A DNA stretch of 64,000 nt from Macrostomum lignano (lineage: Eukaryota). Below the pieces are notes generated by a model. That model ran no database searches and was not told where the DNA came from. It saw nothing but the letters and a program-made list of their open reading frames with translations. Below are positions 56,624 through 64,000 of the stretch, in pieces (positions within the stretch are counted from its first letter, which is position 1; the number at the start of each line of letters is the position of its first letter). The stretch is taken from contig NIVC01001674.1 of the NCBI GenBank assembly GCA_002269645.1, forward strand, positions 1-64,000, read 5' to 3'. The position numbers and the translations under genes are program-made.

Positions 56624-56991
56624 CAGTGGCGGCGCAGGGGGGGGGCGGGGGGGGCGGGCTGCCCCGGGTGACCACCCCTCACCACCCCCAGGGGGTGACC
56701 ACCCACTTAAAAAAAATTGGTTCTTTCGTCTTTACCATATTTTTTCAAAAGTGTGGTCACCCCATGGGGCATGGGGGTGGTCACCTGAGACCTCAGGGGG
56801 GTGGTCACCCGGTAGGGCCTGTAGGCTGTAAGGGTGGTCACCCTTTGAGGGCGAACCGCGAACTGGGCCTGGGCGATAACGAATCCTAACGATTTTGGAA
56901 AGCTTTTTTTTTCTTTTTTTTGATAATTTTTTCTGGGGGTGACCACCCAACCACCGCCCCCCCCCCAGCTGGAGGTCCTGCGCCGCCACTG
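56624..56991. mobile_element. hAT-type MITE (368 bp)
   Basis: Perfect 15-bp TIRs cagtggcggcgcagg/cctgcgccgccactg; perfect 8-bp TSD cacctgct; internal GGTGACCACC motifs in both orientations. Confidence 0.95.
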
Positions 56992-57597
56992 CACCTGCTC
57001 CACCTCCTTTGCCCTCTGCATCTCGCATCTTGCCTCTCTTCTCACTCCTCTTCTCTCCTCTCCTCTCCTCTCCTCTCCTCTCCTCTCCTCTCCTCTCCTC
57101 TCCTCTCCTCTCCTCCGCCATTCATTAGCTGTATCTCAGATTCAATGATTAAAACTTTTGCTTTGAATTATAAATTTTGAAAATCAAACGCCAGTCCAGT
57201 TGCACTTTTACTGAAGCAACCAACCCGTCATTCAGCCGCGCACCTGACAGGCGCAAGACCTGTCCAGCTTGCAAAGCAGCGGTAAACAAAAGTTTAGGTT
57301 AACCAATGACACAGAACCTGTGAATGACGCAGCTGTTGTGGCCTGGATTCAATTTTGATTTCGGATTTGCGCACAAATTACGTCTTGGCATCATCTTCTT
57401 GCGCAGCGGCATTTTTTGTTTTAATTCTCGTCTTAGAAGAGTTTGCAGATCGAGATTTCCGAAATTCAAAAACGAATATTAGTCACTATTTTGCGCAGGG
57501 GACTTCTAAATTACAAGTTCAGGAAGAAAGGCATAGGCTAATCTATCCTGCATGCGTTGATGGTGATTTTTTCAGGCTAAACCCAGAAATCATTCAG

Positions 57598-57921
57598 ATC
57601 TCACCCTGACATCTCACCTGACATCTCAACCTGTCTCACCTGATATCTCACCCTGTCTCATCTGACATCTCACCCTATCTCACCTGATATCTCACCCTGT
57701 CTCACCTGACATCTCACCATGTCTCATCTGACATCTCACCTGACATCTCACCTGACATCTCACCCTGTCTCATCTGACACCTCACCCTGTCTCACCTGAC
57801 ATCTCACCCTGTCTCACCTGACATTTCAGCCTGTCTCATCTGATATCTCACCCTGTCTCACCTGACATCTCACCCTGTCTCATTCAGATCTCACCCTGTC
57901 TCACCTCAGATCTCACCCTGT
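57598..57921 (+). repeat. ~22-bp array TCACCTGACATCTCACCCTGTC
   Basis: Direct inspection. Confidence 0.9.
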
Positions 57922-58484
57922 GTGAGCATTACTTAATGAGACGTAATATTCTAGCAATTAAAAAAACTACTCGCACCGTACAACCATTAAATTCATGAAC
58001 AAATACAGTAGATATTCTATCTATCGATAGAACCAATTTTCAGGGCACCGATCATGTTTCCACTATACAAGCACTCTGGGCCACTTTTATAGTAACTCAC
58101 TCTTATGCTAAAGGGAGTTAGAGACACAGTTTTGGTTTACGATACAGACACTGGCCAGCCTAATTTGCAATGCTAAATAAAATTTTGCCCTGAATCATGT
58201 TCGCACACACATGCATATTGGCGCACAAAATGGAGAAAGTTAGTCATAGAAAAACCCAAGAAAGACGAAGACTGAAGGATTAAGCCGTGGGGCATGGGGC
58301 CTTGACCAACTCCCCATATGATTGATCACTGGGTCACAGGATATTGAAATGGCGAGCCTTTATAAGTGAGCAACGAATCGAAATTAGTAGATTAGACTAA
58401 TAAGGCGTAGGTTGAGGCTTCGGTCAAGATTCTCTAGTGATGCTGGGAGACACTGCTGTACTGGAAGAGGTGGGCAGAGATTAG

Positions 58485-59062
58485 AGATAGGTGATAAGAA
58501 ATGAAGAAATTAGAAATGGATAGATTAGAAATGAGGAGATTAGAGATGGAGAGATTAGAGATGGAGAGATTAGCGATGGGGAGATTAGAAACGGAGAGAT
58601 TAGAAAGGGAGAGATTAGAGATGGAGAATAAGATAGGGAGATTAGAGATGGAGAGATTAGCGATGGAGAATAAGATAGGGAGATTAGAGATGGGGAGATT
58701 GGAGATGTAGAGATTAGAGATAGAGAATAAGGGATAGTGAGATTGAAGATGTTGAGATTAGAGATGGAGAGATTAGAGATGGGGAGATTAGAGATGGGGA
58801 GGTAGAGATGGGGAGATTAAAAATGGGGAGACTAGAAATGGAAAGATTAGAAATGGAGAGATTAGAGAGGGGGAAATTAGAGATTGATTTGATGGATTAG
58901 AATTTGGGAAATTAGAGATGGCCAGAGATGAGAAATGGAGAGATTAGAAAGGGAGAGAGTAGAGATAAATAGATTAGAGATGATTAGATTAGGGGTGAAG
59001 TGATTAGAGATGGATAGATTAGAAATAGTGAGATTAGATATAGGGGAGATTAGAGATGAGGA
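58485..59062 (+). repeat. Degenerate 15-bp array GAGATTAGAGATGGA
   Basis: Direct inspection. Confidence 0.85.
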
Positions 59063-59481
59063 GACTTGCAGATTTTAGTTTGATGAGATTGTAAATGAGA
59101 GAGATTAGATATTCAAGACAGGCAGCACTTACCAGTAGGAGTCCTGGGACTTATTAAGGAATGCTGCAGTCTTTTATCCGACCAGAATCAGTTTGCATTG
59201 ACAATTATTGTTTACAATAACTGAGTGTAACTAGACCTAAGCTGCTATCAAGGCAAATTACCAGTCCGCTTGGCTTTAACAAACTGAAAGTTCAGCGGCA
59301 GGCTGGTGGGGGGGGGCTGTCCTCATTGCCCTCTCATTGGTGGAGCAAGCCAGCACTGTCCCGTGGGCCAGCCAATGGTGCAATACCGCTTGGGGGGAGG
59401 GTGAATGGAGGGCCATCCTAAAATGTTCAACTTCAGATTATTGGGATGTGTTTGCTATAATCTGCGGCATATGATCTGACT

Positions 59482-60393
59482 AGATTTGGCGTCGATAGAT
59501 GTGGCGTCGATAGATCTGGCGCCAATAGATGTGGCGTCGATAGATGTGGCGTCGATAGATGTGGCGTCGATAAATGTGGCGTCGATAGATCTGGCGCCAA
59601 TAGATGTGGCGTCGATAGATGTGGCGTCGATAGATGTGGCGTCGATAGATGTGGCGTCGATAGATGTGGCGTCGATAGATGTGGCATCGATAGATGTGGC
59701 GTCGATAGATGTGGTACCAGAGGGAAATGTGGTTCCGATGGATATGGCGCTGATAGATGTGGCGCCGATAGATGTGGCGCCGATAGATGTGGCGCCGATA
59801 GATGTGGCGCTGATAGATGTGGCGCTGATAGATGTGGCGCCGATAGATGTGGCGCCGATAGATCCGGCGCCAATAGAAAATGTGGTGCCGATGGATATGG
59901 CACCGATAGGTGTGGCGCAGATAGATGTGGCGCTGATAGATGTGGCGCCGATAGATGTGGCGCAAATAGGAAATGTGGTGCCGATGGATATGGCGCCGAT
60001 GCAAAATGTGGCACCAACAGGGAATGTGGCGCCAATAGAAAATATGGCGTTAATAGATGTGGTGCCAACATGGGATGTGGCGCCGATATGGTTATTGGCG
60101 CCAATATGCGCCGTGGCACCAATATGGGAAGTGGTGCCGAAATGGGGAGTGGCGCTAATATGGAGAGTGGCGCCGATATGGGGAGTGGCGCCGATATGGT
60201 GAGTGGCGCCGATATGGTGAGTGGCGCCGATATGGGGAGTGGCGCTAATATGGGGATCGGCGCCGATATGGGAGTGGCGCTGATATGGGGAGTGGCGCCG
60301 ATATGGGGATCGGCGCCGATATGGGAGTGGAGCCGATATGGGGAGTGGCGCCGATATGGGGAGTGGCGCCGATATGGGGAGTGACGCCGATAT
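59482..60393 (+). repeat. 15-18-bp GGCG(T/C)CGATAGATGT / GGCGCCGATATGGGAGT arrays
   Basis: Direct inspection. Confidence 0.95.
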
Positions 60394-60797
60394 GGGTTTT
60401 GGCCTGAGCAATAAAACTAATGTCTGCTCAGACAACAAAATGGACCAGCTCAGCCATTTAATTGCCATCAGCAGGTGAAAGAGTTCAGGTCAGGCTTTCT
60501 ACTTAATTAGTTTAAATTTATATGCCGAATCGTTGCACGTTGATCGATGCGTCACGTGATTTGTTCACTTCGAATGACGAGACATCTATTTTGCTCCTTC
60601 ATTTTTTCTGCATTTTAATTATAATAAAAAAAGCTGAAAACTAATTAACCAGCTACTAATTAGTCGGTTCTAAAAAATTGAGCAAAAGGATAAAAAAAGA
60701 CTCAAAAAATTGGTGACTAAGTGAATTACATGGAATCAAAGGTTTTATGATTAATGCAAGCTTGCGATTGGGTGCACTGTGGCTCATTCTGGGTCGT

Positions 60798-61452
60798 GAG
60801 ACAGGTAGTGACAGACAGACAGACAATGTGGGACAGGTAGTGACAGACAGACAGACAGTGTGGGACAGGTGAGACAGACAGACACAGTGTGGGACAGGTA
60901 GAGACAGACAGACACAGTGTGGGACAGGTGAGACAGACAGACACAGTGTGGGACAGGTAGAGACAGACAGACACAGTGTGGGACAGGTAGAGACAGACAG
61001 ACACAGTGTGGGACAGGTAGAGACAGACAGACACAGTGTGGGACAGGTAGAGACAGACAGACAGTGTGGGACAGGTAGAGACAGACAGACAGACACAGTG
61101 TGGGACAGGTAGAGACAGACAGACACAGTGTGGGACAGGTAGAGACAGACAGACACAGTGTGGGACAGGTGAGACAGACAGACACAGTGTGGGACAGGTA
61201 GAGACAGACAGACACAGTGTGGGACAGGTAGAGACAGACAGACACAGTGTGGGACAGGTGAGACAGACAGACACAGTGTGGGACAGGTAGAGACAGACAG
61301 ACACAGTGTGGGACAGGTAGAGACAGACAGACACAGTGTGGGACAGGTAGAGACAGACAGACAGACAGTGTGGGACAGGTAGAGACAGACAGACACAGTG
61401 TGGGACAGGTAGAGACAGACAGACAGACACAGTGTGGTACAGTAGAGACAGA
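60798..61452 (+). repeat. ~30-bp minisatellite GACACAGTGTGGGACAGGTAGAGACAGACA
   Basis: Direct inspection. Confidence 0.95.
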
Positions 61453-62074
61453 CAGCAGAAACGACCAGTCAAACTTTAGAAACGAAGGAAAAATAATAGA
61501 GAACAAAACCCTGCTTTGTTTCTCCCTAATCAATATAGAAAAATATGAGTATGTGAGCAGTCTTCACTACAGTTACCCTTAGTGCACCCAGCCGCCAGTG
61601 CCGCATTACTGCATTGGATGAAGGAAATGAATCATATTTCATGCTTGAATGGGCAGGCCCCAAGTAATGCTGGGCTTTGGCGGTATTATATACTGCTCAT
61701 ATGTAGAATGAGACCCGCGATCGAGTTCCTAACACCCCAGATCACCGCTCGATACATGCGACTTTAAGGGGGATGGAGTGAAGCTAAAATATATTACAGC
61801 CTCCCTCTGTCTCTCTTGGCGGGGCGGACCCCCTTCATCAGCTGTGACCTCCCTTCGAGATCTGAGGACCGGCAGACAGGGCCCTCAGGGCGAACACACT
61901 GCAGAGAATCCAGTGAAGTTGGTCGCATCATTGTCGCTTGACTTGAGAGAAGGATTATGGAATTATGAGAGATGCTAACAACACTGTGCGGGTTGGAGCG
62001 AGTGGGTGTGGCACGTTGCCGCGTGCCCTCGATGTGCAGCTCACTGTAAATGAAAGTGCAACTGCGAATCCGGG

Positions 62075-63206
<1,132 letters not shown>

Positions 63207-63694
63207 CAGGGTTCAACCCCATAGGCTGATGTTTGAAGTACGAAGTCAGATTTGAGATGAGAGTGGCAGTTGAGAGTGAAGGTATAACCTGAATTCTAAA
63301 GGACTATTTTTCATGGATTTCCCATCCGGCTTCCGAAACTCCAGGACATTCATGATGCAGTTTGTTTTGTTACTCAGCCTCTCTCAGGCCCCATCTGTTG
63401 CAGTTGCAGTGGCCGGGGTCGCGCGGGATCGTATGAAATCGATCTCAAACAAACGAAAATATCTCTCTAGTTCGGAGGCTGCGAAGCTTCCCGCTGTGAG
63501 CATAAATTGCTGACCGCGCGAGCTGGCGGGCTATAAAGGCTAATTATGACTTTTATGCGCCCTATATTAGAGAGATTTAACACTATTATTAGGGCTGCAT
63601 CAAGCCGAACTTAAATTGGTAATAATAAAATACTGTGCTAGGAAAGTAGAGAGTCATAGACTGTGGGATGATATTACAGTAATAGAGAGACAGA

Positions 63695-63785
63695 AGGGGA
63701 GGGAGAGGACGAATGACGGGAGAGGGGAGGAGATAGTGAGGGAGAGAGGGAGAGAGGGAGAGAGGGAGGGAGGGAGAGAGCGAGG

Positions 63786-63816
<31 letters not shown>

Positions 63817-64000
63817 GGAGAGAGGGAGAGGAGAGAGAGGGAGAGAGGGAGAGAGAGGGAGAGACGGAGGGAGAGAGGAAGGGAGGGAGGGAGGGAGAGA
63901 GAGAGGAGAGAGGAAGAGAAGGAGGGAGGGAGGGAGGGAAAGAGGGAGAGAGGAAGAGAAGGAGGGAGGGAGAGAGGGAGAGAGGGAGAGAGGAAGAGAA
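63695..64000 (+). repeat. GA-rich low-complexity tract
   Basis: Direct inspection. Confidence 0.9.

Overview
Repeat-rich eukaryotic (animal) genomic DNA. The simple-repeat and minisatellite load with GC-rich exons resembles a flatworm such as Macrostomum, but that is inference only. (1) 1-~5 kb: a minus-strand Helitron2/Helentron-type autonomous element running off the left edge, with a spliced AT-hook exon, an OTU protease exon and a HUH Rep ORF. OTU and Rep are joined by a TAATG stop/start overlap, and there is a -1 frameshift near 313. (2) 5001-9483: a putative non-autonomous Helitron (A|TC...hairpin-CTAG|T). (3) 10030-12192: an apparently intact hAT transposase; only a candidate right end is visible. 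(4) 16-24 kb: unannotated small spliced genes (HMG-box-like plus AN1-like zinc finger; Ala/Pro-rich), a tandem duplication and MITEs. (5) 34054-54460, minus strand: a 7-exon protocadherin with signal peptide, 7 EC repeats, TM helix and a C-terminal -SYV PDZ motif; every intron carries its own minisatellite. Top leads: about 60 tandem in-frame 5' splice-site-like motifs encoded by the intron-2 minisatellite, an in-frame TAG in the cytoplasmic exon that could double as a splice acceptor, and the UAAUG junction in the Helentron. Most ORFs in the supplied track are repeat artefacts. Exon models were built by hand from splice consensus and phase; no searches were run.
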